From contig JAHRHZ010000058.1 in the NCBI GenBank assembly GCA_024137785.1, positions 18,590,215-18,654,214 of the forward strand: a stretch of 64,000 bases of DNA, written 5' to 3'. Origin of the DNA: Ginglymostoma cirratum. Its lineage: Eukaryota. Position numbers and translations under genes: made by a program. How positions within the stretch are numbered: the stretch's first letter is position 1; every line of letters begins with the position of its first letter. Positions 23,118 to 36,419 of the stretch are shown here, one piece after another. The notes beneath the pieces are model-generated. The model was not told the origin of the DNA, searched no databases, and saw only the letters and a list, made by a program, of their open reading frames with translations.

Positions 23118-23276
23118 AGGGCTGTGAAATCTTTAGATGACACAGATATGACACTAACTGATGTTGAACTACTGGATGGAGATGTGCAAGATATGTTTGA
23201 GCAGCTAGGACGTGTGCAGACAGACATGGAGAACAAACAGAGATCAGTGCATGGAGATACCGCGATGGCAGAGATG
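23118..23276 (+). CDS. LAMC2: Laminin gamma-2 coiled-coil exon
   Basis: ttaacag|AGG...ATG|gtgaga, 159 nt. RAVKSLDDTDMTLTDVELLDGDVQDMFEQLGRVQTDMENKQRSVHGDTAMAEM. Confidence 0.87.
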
Positions 23277-24309
23277 GTGAGATTTTTTTGGCGCTATTTA
23301 CCCTAATTTACTGAAAGGTTTGTTTTTCTTTCGATGGGGCCACTAAAAAAGACTTGCCGTAATTTGCCCAATTGTTGACTTGTGGGGCAGTCATTGGTCT
23401 CTGCCAAAGAAAGGGAGATATGTAAGTCCAGGAAAGGACAATATAACATTCACAACTCTGTAAGTCTTTTTATTTTAGCACCAAACTATTAGAAGGGAAT
23501 TATTGGGTTGCAAAAGCAATGGGTTTGCTTTGCAGGAAATTTAAATATTTACTTTGTTCTGAAGTGCAGTAGTTTTGTAAGTTTGTAAAAGCAAGGAATG
23601 CAAATTATGTATCCAGCCTGCTGAAGAGACCAAGGTGTGATAGATAAAAAAAATTAAGGTTCTGGAGTAGCAGTTACTGGAGCAAAGATATCAAAATTGA
23701 AACCATAAAGTAAGAATAACTATAAAAGAATTTACTTCTGTTATCTAAGAGTAAGGGCAGGGAACTGGCTCCACCTGCTTTGTGTTATATGGTGGCACAT
23801 GTTGGTTATCCTGTTCGTCCTACTTGGTCTATCTTTTGAAGCTGAAGACTTTCTTTTTAATGCTCCCTCTTGTGGATTACAGTCATTGGACTAGATTTTG
23901 GCTACCAGGTTGGGTAACTCAAGTTGTGAAAAATGCCTCTGGGTAAAATACATACAATATATACAAATATTGATCTGGGCTGAAGATGGCTATCACGTAA
24001 AGGATGAAATCAGGTCTACCAATCCAGAAGCCAGTGTAGTGGTGATCACAGGACAGGCAAATGATGAGGTGGACTGTCTGCATATCTTCGGTGCTCTGGT
24101 TTTCATTCTAGCTGTTTTACAAGATGTTAGATCCTCCAGCTTCACTCCTCACATAACCTCACCCACACACTAAGGCCCTACATAATGTCTGTGCCAAGTT
24201 ATGCCCATACATCATTTGTACAATAACATATAAGACAATGACCAATGAGTTATATGGTAACAATAGCATATGTGGCCTTGCTAAGAGAAAAAAGAACTCA
24301 AATTGCCCA

Positions 24310-24350
24310 GAGATAAAAGGTACTGCAGATGCTGGAGAATCCGAGATAAC
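24310..24350. mobile_element. 41-bp Penelope-family micro-insertion with 9-bp TSD
   Basis: aattgccca at 24301-24309 and 24351-24359 flanks gagataaaaggtactgcagatgctggagaatccgagataac, which matches the start of the 32361 and 10196 elements. Confidence 0.7.
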
Positions 24351-25614
24351 AATTGCCCAATTTTCTGTTGAGAAACAAAAGCTATTTTCCTTTATTCCTA
24401 TTAAAATGTCAATCAGACAGAACTTTTAATGCAACAATGTCAGAAGTTTCAAGCACTTCCCAGATCTTAATTTTATCCAAAATCATTGAAATGTTGACAA
24501 AACAGATCGCAACAAGAACAACTTTATATAGTCCTTTAAAAGGTCAATTAGTCAAGGTTAACAACTCACATCATGCCTTCACTCACCCCTCGTGGCCTCC
24601 TGTACCATCCAAACCAGCCTATGCCCCTGCTATCCAACCCATGGCCTTTACAACTCCTATAGCTATTTAGTGCTGAATTATAACACCCCATGCTGCCCCC
24701 TCACACACTACCTTTTCCTTTACACCCTCCATCCCAACCCATCCAATATCAAGACATGGGCAGATGTCATGGTCCAGTTTGTGATTGACTAAATGTACTC
24801 AGTATCTTTTGGTGAATTCACTATTCAAAAAAAAGCTAAGTTTATAAAAAAAAATTTACTGCATTAACTTCCTTCAAATACTTAATGCCGTATACAAACA
24901 AACATCTGTACTCACAGTTGCATTTCAAAGACTTCACAAGCATTTGACATTTTCAATAAAACTGCAAATTCACAGGGTAATAATTGTGAGATATGTCATG
25001 CAAGACTAAAATCCCAAGCCTATTTCAATTGATAGAGTGACACAGCAATGCCCATTTTTTAAAAACATCCAGATGTTTCTTCAAATATTTGAAGGACCGG
25101 AGCTTTAAGTGCCTTGACAACTCTTTTGACAGCTCCATTGTTTTAATAAATTTGTCCAGTTCTATATAATTTCATGACGACCTTTAACAATCCCAAAGGT
25201 CATTTGACCTCTCCAAAAGGTGTTCTGGGATCATAGAGGTACCTTATTTCCCAGAAAGAGATACCCTATCCCTCTAAAGACTTTATTAATTTTATACCTT
25301 CTTCTATCAGATCTAAAGTGTACAAGTCATATTTTGCACACCCCACCAGCAAAAAACAGATGTAATCAAAGGGAGGTGCTGTTTAACATGTGCAGTCAAA
25401 GTGAACTCCATGAACTATGAATGTGTAAATGACAACCCATCCTCATTCTTTTCTGTGAGAATGGCAGGGACTGGGTGTGGTGATGTGGGAGTAGAGGGGA
25501 TTTTCAGAATCATACTTCTAGCACCATTTTCACCCTCACCACCTGTGCAACAATTCAGGCTAAATGTCTGTTAATGTTTCCCTGGCTTTTGTCACTAAAA
25601 CCTTCCCACCGTAG

Positions 25615-27110
25615 AAGCATAGAAATAGAAACATAGAAAATCAGAGCTGGAGCAGGCCATTTGGCCCTTTAATCCTGCTGTGCACACCCAGCTCAATAGC
25701 GGGCTCCTGTTTCTCCCCCATATCCTTAAATAGCTTTATCCCCAAGTGTTACTTCCAACTCCTTCTTGAAAAACGTTCAATGTTTTGGCCTCAACCACTT
25801 TCTGTGGTGATGAATTCCACAAGCTCACCACTCTCTAGGTGAAGAAATTTCTCCTCATCTCAGTTCTGAATCGTTTTACCCTATATCCTTCGACTGTTGA
25901 ACCCCCCTGTCGACTCCTCTGCCATCAGGAACATTCGTCCTGGTTCCAACCTGCCTAATTCTCTAGAATGTTATGTTTCTATGAGATTCCCCCTCATCCT
26001 TCTAAACTCCAGCAAATAAAATCCTAAACAATTCAATATTTCCTCATGAGTCAGTCCTGCCATCCCAAGAATCAGTCAGGTAAACCTTCACCGCACTCAC
26101 TCTGTAGCAAGAACATCCTTCCTCAGATAAGGAGACGAAAACTGCACAAAAGACCCTATATCATTGCAGCGAGGCACCACTGCTCCTATACTTGAATCCT
26201 CTTGTAATGAAGGCCAACATGCCATTTGTCTTCTTGACTGCTTGCAGCACCTGCATACTTTACTTCAGCAACTTGTGCACGAGGACACTCAGGTCTTGTT
26301 GCACACTCCCCTCTCTCAATTTATAGACATTCAAATAGTAATCTACCCACATTTCACTTCATCTGCCATGTTTTTCCCATTCACTCAGCCTGTCCAAATC
26401 ACACTGAAACATCTCTGCTCCTCTTCACGGCTCATTCAGTCACCAGGCTTTGTGCCGTCTGTAAATTGGAGATATTACATTTAGTTCCCTCATCTAAATC
26501 ACAAGTATATTTTATGAATAGCTGGGGTCCTAGTACTGATCCTTACAGTACCCCACTAGTCATTGCCTGCCATTTGGCAAAAGACCCATTTACTCCTACT
26601 CTTTGTTTTCTGTCTGCCAACCAGTTTTCTATCCATCTCAATAAACTACCTCCAATTCCATGCACTTTAATTTTACACACTAATCTCTTAGGTGAAACAT
26701 TGTCAAAAGACTTCTAAAAGTCCAAATCCACACTTGTCTTCATCAACTCCACCAGTAACATCCTCAAAGAATACCTCAGATGAATTTTCAAGCATTATTT
26801 TCCTTTTGTAAATCCACGCTGACTTTAAATGATTCTGCCAAAGTTTTCCTAGTGGTCAGCTATTAATTCTTTTATATTGAACTCAAGCAGTTTCCCTATT
26901 TCTGACATCAGGATGTTAAACTGAACAGTTTGGGTTATTTTAGAGTGGCCTAACATGGTTTTTGAACATTGGTGTTACATTTGCTGCTTTCCAACCCTCT
27001 GGTACTTTCTTGCTATCTAAGGAAGATTGTAAAATTGTGGCAAGGCCCTTCATTATCTCCATCCCCTCTTTACAACTAGTAACCTGGGATGAAATTTATC
27101 TGGCCCAGAT
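25615..27110 (-). mobile_element. CR1 LINE fragment (about 1.5 kb, decayed)
   Basis: Tail catagaaatagaaacatagaaa at the left. Antisense ORFs 26164-26717 are typical of CR1 RT. Confidence 0.8.
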
Positions 27111-27374
27111 GGCCCACTCCTGTGGGCATGGCCAGTGATTCCAGCACATCTGCCTACCGCTTTCATCACCATCATCCATCTACTGCCTCTATTAATGTTT
27201 CAACATCATCCTCTTCTTTAGTAAACACCAATACAAAGTATTTATTATTCATTTTAGTCTTGCTCCTGTTTTCTTCTCTCTCGGCATCACAGTCTAACAT
27301 TTCTATTCCACCAATATCTTTCAAAATCTGAATGTAGCTAATAATGGGATAATGACCAGATAGTCTATGTGCTG

Positions 27375-27555
27375 TGGTATTGATTGAGGAATAGATATTA
27401 GCAAGGACACTGGGATGACTCCCCTGCTTCTCTATGAAATAGTGTCATGGGATCTTTTACATCCATCTGAACAGTGCACAGTATCAAGCAAAGACAGCTC
27501 CTCTGATCTTCCGTCAGTTCTACTTTGGAATGTCAGCTTCATTTTTATGCACCCA
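27375..27555 (-). mobile_element. AmnSINE/Deu-domain SINE remnant
   Basis: atagtgtcatgggatcttttacatccatctga...aaagacagctcctctga...ggaatgtcagc resembles the recalled Deu core. Confidence 0.55.
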
Positions 27556-27940
27556 GGCTCTTTAGTTTACCACATTTCCCTTTTGATGGAATTAAGGCAA
27601 AGGTTTTTATGGGAGGATTATTCTGTAATAGATGGCATTCGCTGTTACGTCAACGTTCATGTATGACCCTAAACAGTAACTATGCACAGGATTTTTAACA
27701 TTGGAAAGTGAAACCTGGCTCTATCTTTACTTTTCTTGGTTTTTATTTGGAGTGGGTAGCGGATATTGGTTAAGAGCGGGAAGCAAAGTTTAGCTTTCTT
27801 TCCATAAACCCCATTGTGCTAACATCACACTCATCATTCCCATGGAACAGGACAGGCCATCTGATCAAATTAGGAACTGTTTTACTCTGTACCTGTTATC
27901 ACATGGCTCAATGTGTTTATCCTTTCATTTATTGTTCCAG

Positions 27941-28040
27941 ATCACAGCCAATGTAAACGATGCGACCATGAATGTAGCAAGTACACAGGATTCCATTGAA
28001 AAAACAATGGATTTGATAAGCAACCTACTGCTTTCTATGG
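27941..28040 (+). CDS. LAMC2: Laminin gamma-2 penultimate exon
   Basis: gttccag|ATC...ATG G|gtgagt, 100 nt. ITANVNDATMNVASTQDSIEKTMDLISNLLLSM. Confidence 0.9.
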
Positions 28041-29570
28041 GTGAGTGTGACACAGTTCAGAATTAACAAGACTCTGTAACTATAATGAAAGCTCAGTGTA
28101 CATTAGGTACTTGGAAACAAAAAGATTAATCAAAAACTTTGTGAAAAACATCACTTTTTTAATCCTTGAAACTCTACTATTACTGGTGTTAGTGAGGGGA
28201 CGGGTGTAGACTCCAAAGACCTTAGTAGAACCTGCTCCATCAGATCCAAGTTTAATTCTGGGACTTTTGGGAGTGATTGGGATAGGTGTTGGATAGAGTT
28301 AGGTATCAGGTGTCATCGGAATGCCAAGGTAGATATTTAAATGGTCCACTTTGGTTCGCTGCGACTTCATTCTCATTGTTTTTGTATATTTTGTATGTTT
28401 TAAAGTCTCTAGTCCTCATATCTTACATACCCATTCAATCCACATGCCAGCTCCATGCCAATACATGACCTCACCTGCCTACTATTGGCCTCTCATATAC
28501 TAAATGGCAAGACATGCCCCCACCAATAGCCACTAAGCCCATCATACCAACTCATAGAACTTCCATATTCATTCACCCTCTGTACATTCTGTGCAGAACT
28601 AATTAACTTTTTGAAAACTGCTGACACTGCAACCTGGTAAAAGAGTCAAACAATGAAAAACAGAAGGTATAAGCCTCATTACACATGTCTGCCTGAGAGA
28701 CCAGGCTCCCATAAAATGTTTACAAATTTTTGATACATTTGGAAGAAAAGAAATCACTGTCTGATTCAAAGTTTTATGATTTTATAATAAGCTTTTCCAT
28801 CGGTTATCCGTTTTGCTAATTGCTCAATGTTTATTTTCATAAGATAGAGATTTCATGTACTATAGCTTCTGGCATTGATACTTTAAATGTATTGTGGATT
28901 GACACTTAGTTGCAACAAAGGCAGATTTTTAAAGGAAATGTATGAATTTTTTTCAGTTCGACACATAGCATGTTTACTGTAGGATTGATTGGTCCTGTAT
29001 AGAAGGGAATGAACATGCAATTGCCATGAATTGCCATGGAGGGTATGAGGGGGCTTTTGGGGTGGGTGCAGGCATGAGTTGGCATGGAAGGATACAGATA
29101 TGATCTTTTCATCTTATCTTTTAAATGCTCCAGAATCTAGACTTTTGTTCCTGACTCCCCTGAGGAAGCTGTGAACCAAGAGTCATTTAGAAACTGACCC
29201 AATTCCATGACAATTTCAGAGGATTAGGATATATCTATCCCTGCAATGGAGCAGGCCAAGTTGCGATTGCAAGGTGCAACCTTACTACTTGGGCTGTTAT
29301 CCAGCCCCATTGAAAGTTACATGTGCCAGGAGTGGGGATGGGAATCCAGAATTGGGACCAATGTGTCTTTTTTAACTTCCAATCTGTACCCCCAAACCCA
29401 GCAGTCAGAGGCATGATAATCCAATTCCAAGTCTCCATGCGTTTGTTTTTGTTTTTAAAAAAGCTAGTCTTAAATGGATTGACAGAAGGAAGATAATATC
29501 TCACTAATATGTAACTAATATAGAAAATGAACTAAGCTGAAATGTAGCACTATATATAAAAAAGTATGCA

Positions 29571-29640
29571 GCATGATTTACTAACTGAAAGAACAGAGCA
29601 TGATTCACTAACTGAAAATACAACATTATTCACTAACTGA
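29571..29640. repeat. Short tandem repeat, three copies of about 26 nt
   Basis: gcatgatttactaactgaaa / gcatgattcactaactgaaa / acattattcactaactga. Confidence 0.7.
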
Positions 29641-30312
29641 GGCAGTGTCCATCTAGCTTTAACACGCTGCACAATAACAGATTCTTGTCCTGTTAGAAAC
29701 TTGAACCTGAGTTTTAGTTCCATCTAGGGCAGGATTAATTGCATGCCTCTGCCCTGATGTCTGCTGTATACATTCCAATGCACAGTCTGCTGCAGGCCTT
29801 TGACGCACTTCCAAGACCAGGGCATGCCCATTAATAGTCTCATTTTGAGTCTCTCATTGACATTTTTTCTGCATCCAAATGGGAAAGTGTTCAGCATCAG
29901 CTTTGGATAGGCTTGGGAATTCCAGCATTTCGCTGCACTGTGCTAATAAAATGCAGTATTTGCTATGCTGCTCTGTTTATGGAGGTTCAATTTCAACACA
30001 AATTATGCAGATTTGGAGCAGAGGCACACAGAAATGTATTGATTAGTTTTAATGCTGGTCTTGCTACCCTGTATGAAATAAAGCCATCATGGATCTTATA
30101 CATCTGACATCCTCAAAGTTTCAGAATGTTTCAACATCTGATTTTTAGCGTGTTCAAGACTAGCCTGTGAAATCTGGATTTGATAATCTCCACTATTATT
30201 GCTGAAGTACTCGTAACTTCACAGATATTTTTCTTTCTCACAGCTATCCTTTCATCTAATAGATTATTATGGTCATGAAAACACTGTTTAAATTGATGAT
30301 CTTTCTTTGCAG

Positions 30313-30566
30313 GTAATGCAGCTGAGATTGATGCTACTAAGTTACAACGTATAGAAGATTCTTTGCAAATCTCTAAAGACCAATTGACCAATGAACTTCA
30401 ATTGAAGCAACAAGAATTGCAGGAAGCTGCTAGAGAACAAAGAGAAGCAATAGCAGCTTATGATCAAGATATTGAGGACATCCGTGGAGCTATTAAAAAC
30501 CTAGAAAACATTAGAGACACTTTACCTCTTGGATGCTTCAACACTGCAGCCTATGAAAGGCCCTAA
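30313..30566 (+). CDS. LAMC2: Laminin gamma-2 terminal coding exon
   Basis: ctttgcag|GT...CCC TAA, 254 nt. Ends IKNLENIRDTLPLGCFNTAAYERP*, the gamma-chain LPxGCxN..E-x-x terminus. Confidence 0.93.
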
Positions 30567-31731
30567 GTGCTTGACACCTTTTGACAGAAGTTGTACTGCT
30601 AAAACTAATTGTGAAAAATTTCTGTTTTAAGAAAAAAACCTCAGCAAAAGACATTCCATGCAATACTTTATCAGCATCAAACAGACAGATAAAATGTGAA
30701 GACAGTAACAGCCTTTGCCAAAATAATTACTTTTAAATTGGTATTTGATTGAATTAGATGCAAATTTCACCACATCCTTCCCATTACTTATTCTGGGTCA
30801 CATGCGTTGCACTATGGCTGTAGTGCTAGCTTCAATTATTCCCACTTACGTCTAACTAGGTTGCAGTAAAAAGAAAATAATTTATTTTTTTCGTAAATTA
30901 AGTCAGAAACTGGACCAGATATCCATGATCAATTTTTCATATATACAAAATCCTGCAGCATTGCAAGTTGTAGTTTACTGTTGCTGAGTCTACAATGTAT
31001 GAAGGCAATACAAAGCAGAATTGCTCGTTTCAGTGCCATACTGTGCACTTATTCTGACACTATCATTAATGTTTGAAATCCACCCCTTTCAACAGTGGCA
31101 GGAAGTCAATATGTTGCTTGAAATGCAGCATGGATCTTTTAGTGGCCTATGGATCATTTGTACAGAATTGGCTGCTCTGCTGGCTGCTGTTATTGTGCTG
31201 TCTGTGTGAATTGTAAGAGTAACCAGTACTAAAAACCGATTTAACAAAGACAAACAAAATAACTCTTAGAAAACTACTGTACTTGTATTGGATGCCAGCT
31301 AGACTAGTTGGGATGCAGCGAGGAGGGGAAAGGAGAAGGAAGAGAAATCAGCCAAGGTTTTCTTTCCTAATTGCTACCTATTTACAGACTTGTTTTATTC
31401 TTTATGAGATGTAGATGCTGCTGTCAAAGCCAACATCTGCTGCCTAATGCCATTGCCCCATGGGTCCCTGTCCACACTAACACGTGCAAAAGTAGCCACC
31501 CTAAGTGAATTACAGGAAATCTACTGGTTCCTGGGGAGTTGCTGCCAAATGAAATTCAGCCAAAAAACAAAATTAGAGTCAGGTTGAGAAAATGCAAGAA
31601 AGGAAAATTGGGGAAAACTTTTTGCCCTACATGGGCATATTTATTAAAATTTCACTATTTAAACCTCGTGTAGACTGACTGCTTTAATCTTTATCCAAAA
31701 GGTTTGTTTTTTTCTTAAATTTGTGAAATCA

Positions 31732-31737
31732 AATAAA
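31732..31737 (+). promoter_or_regulatory. Candidate LAMC2 polyadenylation signal (alternatives at 31999 and 35412)
   Basis: First AATAAA noticed about 1.2 kb after the stop codon, in AT-rich UTR-like sequence. Usage not demonstrable from sequence. Confidence 0.4.
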
Positions 31738-32360
31738 AACTAACTAATCATTGAAAGGCAGCATTTTAAGCACATGAATCTCAGCTGGTATACTTCCTCA
31801 AGCATCCTTCTGAGATCTTAAACTTCCAATGCCAAAGATAGATTTGGTGACATGTTTACTTTTGCATTTCATTCACTGCTCCAGTTTTTCCCTTTTCTTT
31901 TTCTTCTTCCTTTGAAAGCAAAGAAACAGTTCGCTTTGGTCTCCTGCAGATTGTATGGGATTGCATGCTGTGCGACATGAGCTCCAACCTAATTTATGAA
32001 TAAACATCAAACAAGGTTATATGGTGGGAACAAAAAGGAATGAATGCTTTATTTCGATAGTGAGGTGAAACTTAAATTATAGACATGGAAACTCAGCCTG
32101 ACACTAACCAAAAGCTAGTATATCATCTATAACTCATGCAGGTTTTATGTTCTAGATATTTAGACGGACCAGAAAATGACTGAACCTATGGCATGTTGTA
32201 ATGTATGTTTCAAATCGGGACAATTGTTTGAGAACGTATCTATCTATCAGATCTTTAATATATACAGGAGCAAATAGAAATGCTTGTATTTTGCTTATTT
32301 TTACTACCGTGCGCATGTTTTGTTCGAAATTTTAGGTCAATGCTGGATAAAGATCAATGC

Positions 32361-32552
32361 AGAGATAGTTGGAACTGCCGATGCTGTAGAATCTGAGATA
32401 ACATAGTGTAGAGCTGGATGAACACAGCAGGCCAAGCAGCATCAGAGGAGCAGGGAGGCTGACGTTTCGGTTCGAGACCTGAAACATCAGCTTTCCTGCT
32501 CCTCTGATGCTGCTTGGCATGTTGTGTTTATCCAGCTCTACACCTTGTTATC
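32361..32552. mobile_element. Fold-back Penelope-derived mini-element with 13-bp TSD
   Basis: taaagatcaatgc at 32348-32360 and 32553-32565. Arms 32396-32468 and 32481-32553 (73 nt, 8 mismatches) around ggttcgagacct. Confidence 0.85.
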
Positions 32553-35500
32553 TAAAGATCAATGCGGATGTGTTCTGTCGCACTTTACCCACTGAACTCA
32601 ATTGGAACAGAAGAATTGTGAGATGGAAAATGGCTGATTACATCTAGTTTACTGTTTAGTGTTACGGTATAATGATAGTAGAGTTAATGATTAATTAAAG
32701 AACTCAATCTACCACTATCTATAGCAAAGCCAGAAATAATGAGGAAGACTCTGGTGATGGAGAGATTAGAAGCTAAAAATCCAAAATTGTCTTCTCTGTA
32801 CAAAAGTAAAAAAAAAAATTCATTAAATGTGTAAAGGAGTTTAGCTTTTTATGTGGATCAAATTCTGAAGTTTAATATATTCTCCTACTGCCACCACACA
32901 GCTAACATTACATTTTGTCCAGCCCATCTCCCAGATGTTCATAGCCTGAAGTCCTGACGATATCCCTCTTGCTATCATAACTACTTAAATCCTTACTACT
33001 GAAAATATGACAAGTCTTCAGTAGCAAGGAAATAACAGGAGTTGGTTAGAGAGGTAGACCAATGTATTGAATGTTAGTGACATGGTAGACGTGTTTATAA
33101 TGTTGCTATCCACAGTTATGAGAGTTATTCCTCTCTTGACAATATTTAGTCGTTTAACATCCACCTGCTTGTCTTCCAGTACCATAGTTTGGAAAGAAAA
33201 CACAGTTATTATTATATGCAATGTAAAGATTTGCAGGGGTATGGGAATGAGTTGAGGGCTGGGACTAATTGGATTGTTCTTTTAAAGACCTAGCATAGGT
33301 ACAATGGGTCAGATGACCTTCTTTGGTGCTGAATGCTTATATTCCTTCAGAGCTGGAATTTTAGTCACTCATTAGGTAGGAGCAGGGGAACTGGATTGAG
33401 ATTGGGAAACCGGGAAGAATGCATTTCATTCATGCCCTATCAAATCTATTTTCTCTGTTCTAAACCAACTGAGGGGTTATGTAGCTAACAGCAGATAGGC
33501 CTTTGCCAAATCTATTACCAGGGAGGATAAAAGAGAGAATGTGGGATCAGAGGCCAGGGTTTGGTTGTGTGGGGATATGAAGGTGAGTTGATACCCGAGG
33601 AATCTGAAGCTGGGAGTTCGATTAGAAGATTAGAGGTGCGTGCAAGATCAGGAATTAAGGTGGTGTGACATGGGCAATTGAAAGCCTCATGGACAAGGCT
33701 GGAGGCTTTAGGGGAGATCAGAAGGTTCATATTGGAGTGGCCAATCTTGAGGATTTAGCAATGCCTACAGTCTGAAGTCAGCAGACAAATTAAAAGGCCC
33801 TCCCCTCCTGGATCCAGCAATCCTCTCTTGCCCTCACTGTCAGGTTTTACAGAAGTCAGGGAAATCCAGCCGGACACAGTTACATTTTAAATCAAAATCT
33901 AGGACCACCTGCTGTATTATAACATCCGTTTCACCTCCAAAGCCCCACTTCCATCAAAATCGGAAATGAACTAGTTGAAGGAGGTTTAGAGTTAGGATTC
34001 AGATTTTGAACACTTTATCCTATCAACCAACCGAAATTCTCCATTCTTTTAATTAAAATTCTTTGGATAAATTCTGCAAAGACTGGATTCGCCACAATAC
34101 GAAATGTAATTATTTAGCCACTTCCTGTGATCTGAGCCTGTATCAAAAGAGACTGTGCAAAATGAAATTCTTGTAATTTTTAAATTCAACAACTGACAAC
34201 ATAAATGAACAACTCGATTGTTGTACATTTTCTAAAGAAAAAACAATAATTTGCTGTGTCTAATTTTGTCTTGTTTAGAATTGGTTTTGAATAGGTTATT
34301 TCCTTTTACAGAGCTAAGCTCACACCTTGTGTTTAGACCAACTTTCTATTCACTTCCCTCAGACACAATGACCAGGGACCACTTAAAATATTCTCTCTCG
34401 TGGGTGGTTTGATGTGTGTGATTTTCTGAGACTTGTTAATAGATTCTAGAGATCTGAATCAACTTTATCTCACTGACTGCCCTCCAACTGCGCAACACAA
34501 CAAAAAGAAACAGGCCCATTTTTTTGCACTAATGCACACCCTTAGGATGTCCAAACATGTTTTATGACTAAGGGATTACACTCTAAGTGGGGACACATTC
34601 CATATGGAAAGAATAAAACACTGCTGCATAAATCTGGATATTTACACACAAACATTTATTTGTTAGGTATTGATGTCCTTTTTCTGTATCAGGCTTGGAA
34701 AAGCTGGAATTTTTCTCCTCCAGCACTCTTCCTTTTTATAATCAGCAGCTGGAACTTTTCAGTGCAAGTTAAATTCAGGAAAGTTGTGATATTTTGTAGT
34801 AAAATGTGAGACATTTTCATAGATTTTCTTATTTATTTTAAGATGCAGAATCAGTATGCTTTCTTATCACTTTGTTTTGTGTTATTGAATTAATGAAAAA
34901 CCTTGGTAGTTATGAGTCTGGAGAGCTGGACACTCTTCATTTGTTTCAGTCACATTAAAAAGGGTTAGTGTTTCAGTAAACCAATTTGAAGTGTTTTTGT
35001 TTGTTTGCCAAAATACAGTGTCACATCAAAATATATAAACAAAGGTATGAACAGTATACTATTGCAACAATTTCGTTATGCTCATTTACCAAAATGGGAA
35101 TTTCTCAGAAAAGATGGACCTTCTAATGACTGGGTAGAATTGTTTAAAGCCATCGTGTCAAAACAAACCGGCTGTTGAATGATATTTTCACTGTAATTGT
35201 AACGGATATGTAGCAATATCTTATCTTTAATTTATAACCAAATAGTTATGTTGCACTGCTAGAATCTAACTTGTGTTTTCTGCATGAAGACTATATGCCT
35301 TATTTAAGTATTTCAGTATTAACTTGTGCTTTGAAATCATTTTTATTTTGAAGTATTTGAAGCCATTCATTTGCAAACAATTAATTACTCTCACGTCCCT
35401 GATAATTTTCAAATAAAAATTATTTAAAAACCCGGTTCTGCATTTTGATTTCAACTTTGGAATACAGCTGTAGTTCTAAAAAGCTGTGCTGATTACCTGT

Positions 35501-35689
35501 TGGAAAATGGTTTGGCTTGGAAAACACTTTGGGTTGAGTCTAATGTTTTCTTTTGGCCAAGATTGAGTCTTGTTGAGTTATTCCTGCTACAGGGCCTCGT
35601 GGGTTTCCTTGCTGTCTGTTACCAAACTCGTGTCTGAACCAACTCCTACAGTGGCCCTCCTTCAATTCCATTCTGTACCATAGGAGGCC

Positions 35690-35876
35690 AAGTCAGTGAC
35701 TATATTCAAACAAAAAAGATGTAGTTTTCCAGTCGTTAAAGGGGTATGGAGAGAGAGTGGGAGTATGCCATTGAGATAGAGAATCAGCCATGATGATCGC
35801 ATTGAAATGCAGGGTGGGCTTGATGGGCCGAATGGCCCATTCCTGCTTCTATTTTCTAAGTTTCCATGTTTCTATG
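35690..35876 (+). mobile_element. CR1 3' end fragment
   Basis: ...gatgggccgaatggcccattcctgcttcta...tttccatgtttctatg tail. Confidence 0.7.
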
Positions 35877-36419
35877 AGATGAAAAGCAGAAGATTACATG
35901 AAAATGGTTGCCTTAGGTCATGGTGGACTACCCACCATAAATCTCACTCAAACAAACACTTTGCAAAGAAAAGGGAACATTCAGTCCCTAGTTCTGTTCA
36001 CACTAGGGTTGCTCTGTGTTTGTGCTTCTAGTATTGTTCTGATTTGGAATTACTTTTGTCACCCTGTCATGTCATTTGATGTTTGTACTTGATATGATTC
36101 TAGCTATAGACATCTGATTGGGATTGCTGCTGGAGCTTAGGTGGTTGTTGGACATTTTCTGTCTGATGTTTAGGTTGACAGTAGTTCAAGATCTGTTCCC
36201 TTAACAGTATCTGCACCATATATCGCAACAGGGGCGAGGATGGAGACAGACAGATGTATCAGATCGCTCAGGTGGACAGCATGCTCACTTGCTGATACAA
36301 TGTCACCTTCGGCAATTTTCTGTGGCTGGATCAGGTGCTGAAGGGCTATCCACCCCACGACCCCAAATTCAAACAGCATGTGAAGAATTAATTAAATGAA
36401 TAAAGTGTGCTGCGGAGTC

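Noticed and set aside
29571-29640. CRISPR-like repeat-spacer pattern
   Set aside because: Three adjacent degenerate units without real spacers, in a vertebrate intron: an ordinary minisatellite.
1367-30566. Calling the laminin gene LAMC1 or LAMC3
   Set aside because: It lacks two LE exons, has the gamma2-type C(F/Y)SxD module and abuts NMNAT2. The gamma1-like residues are better read as retained ancestral states, pending phylogeny.
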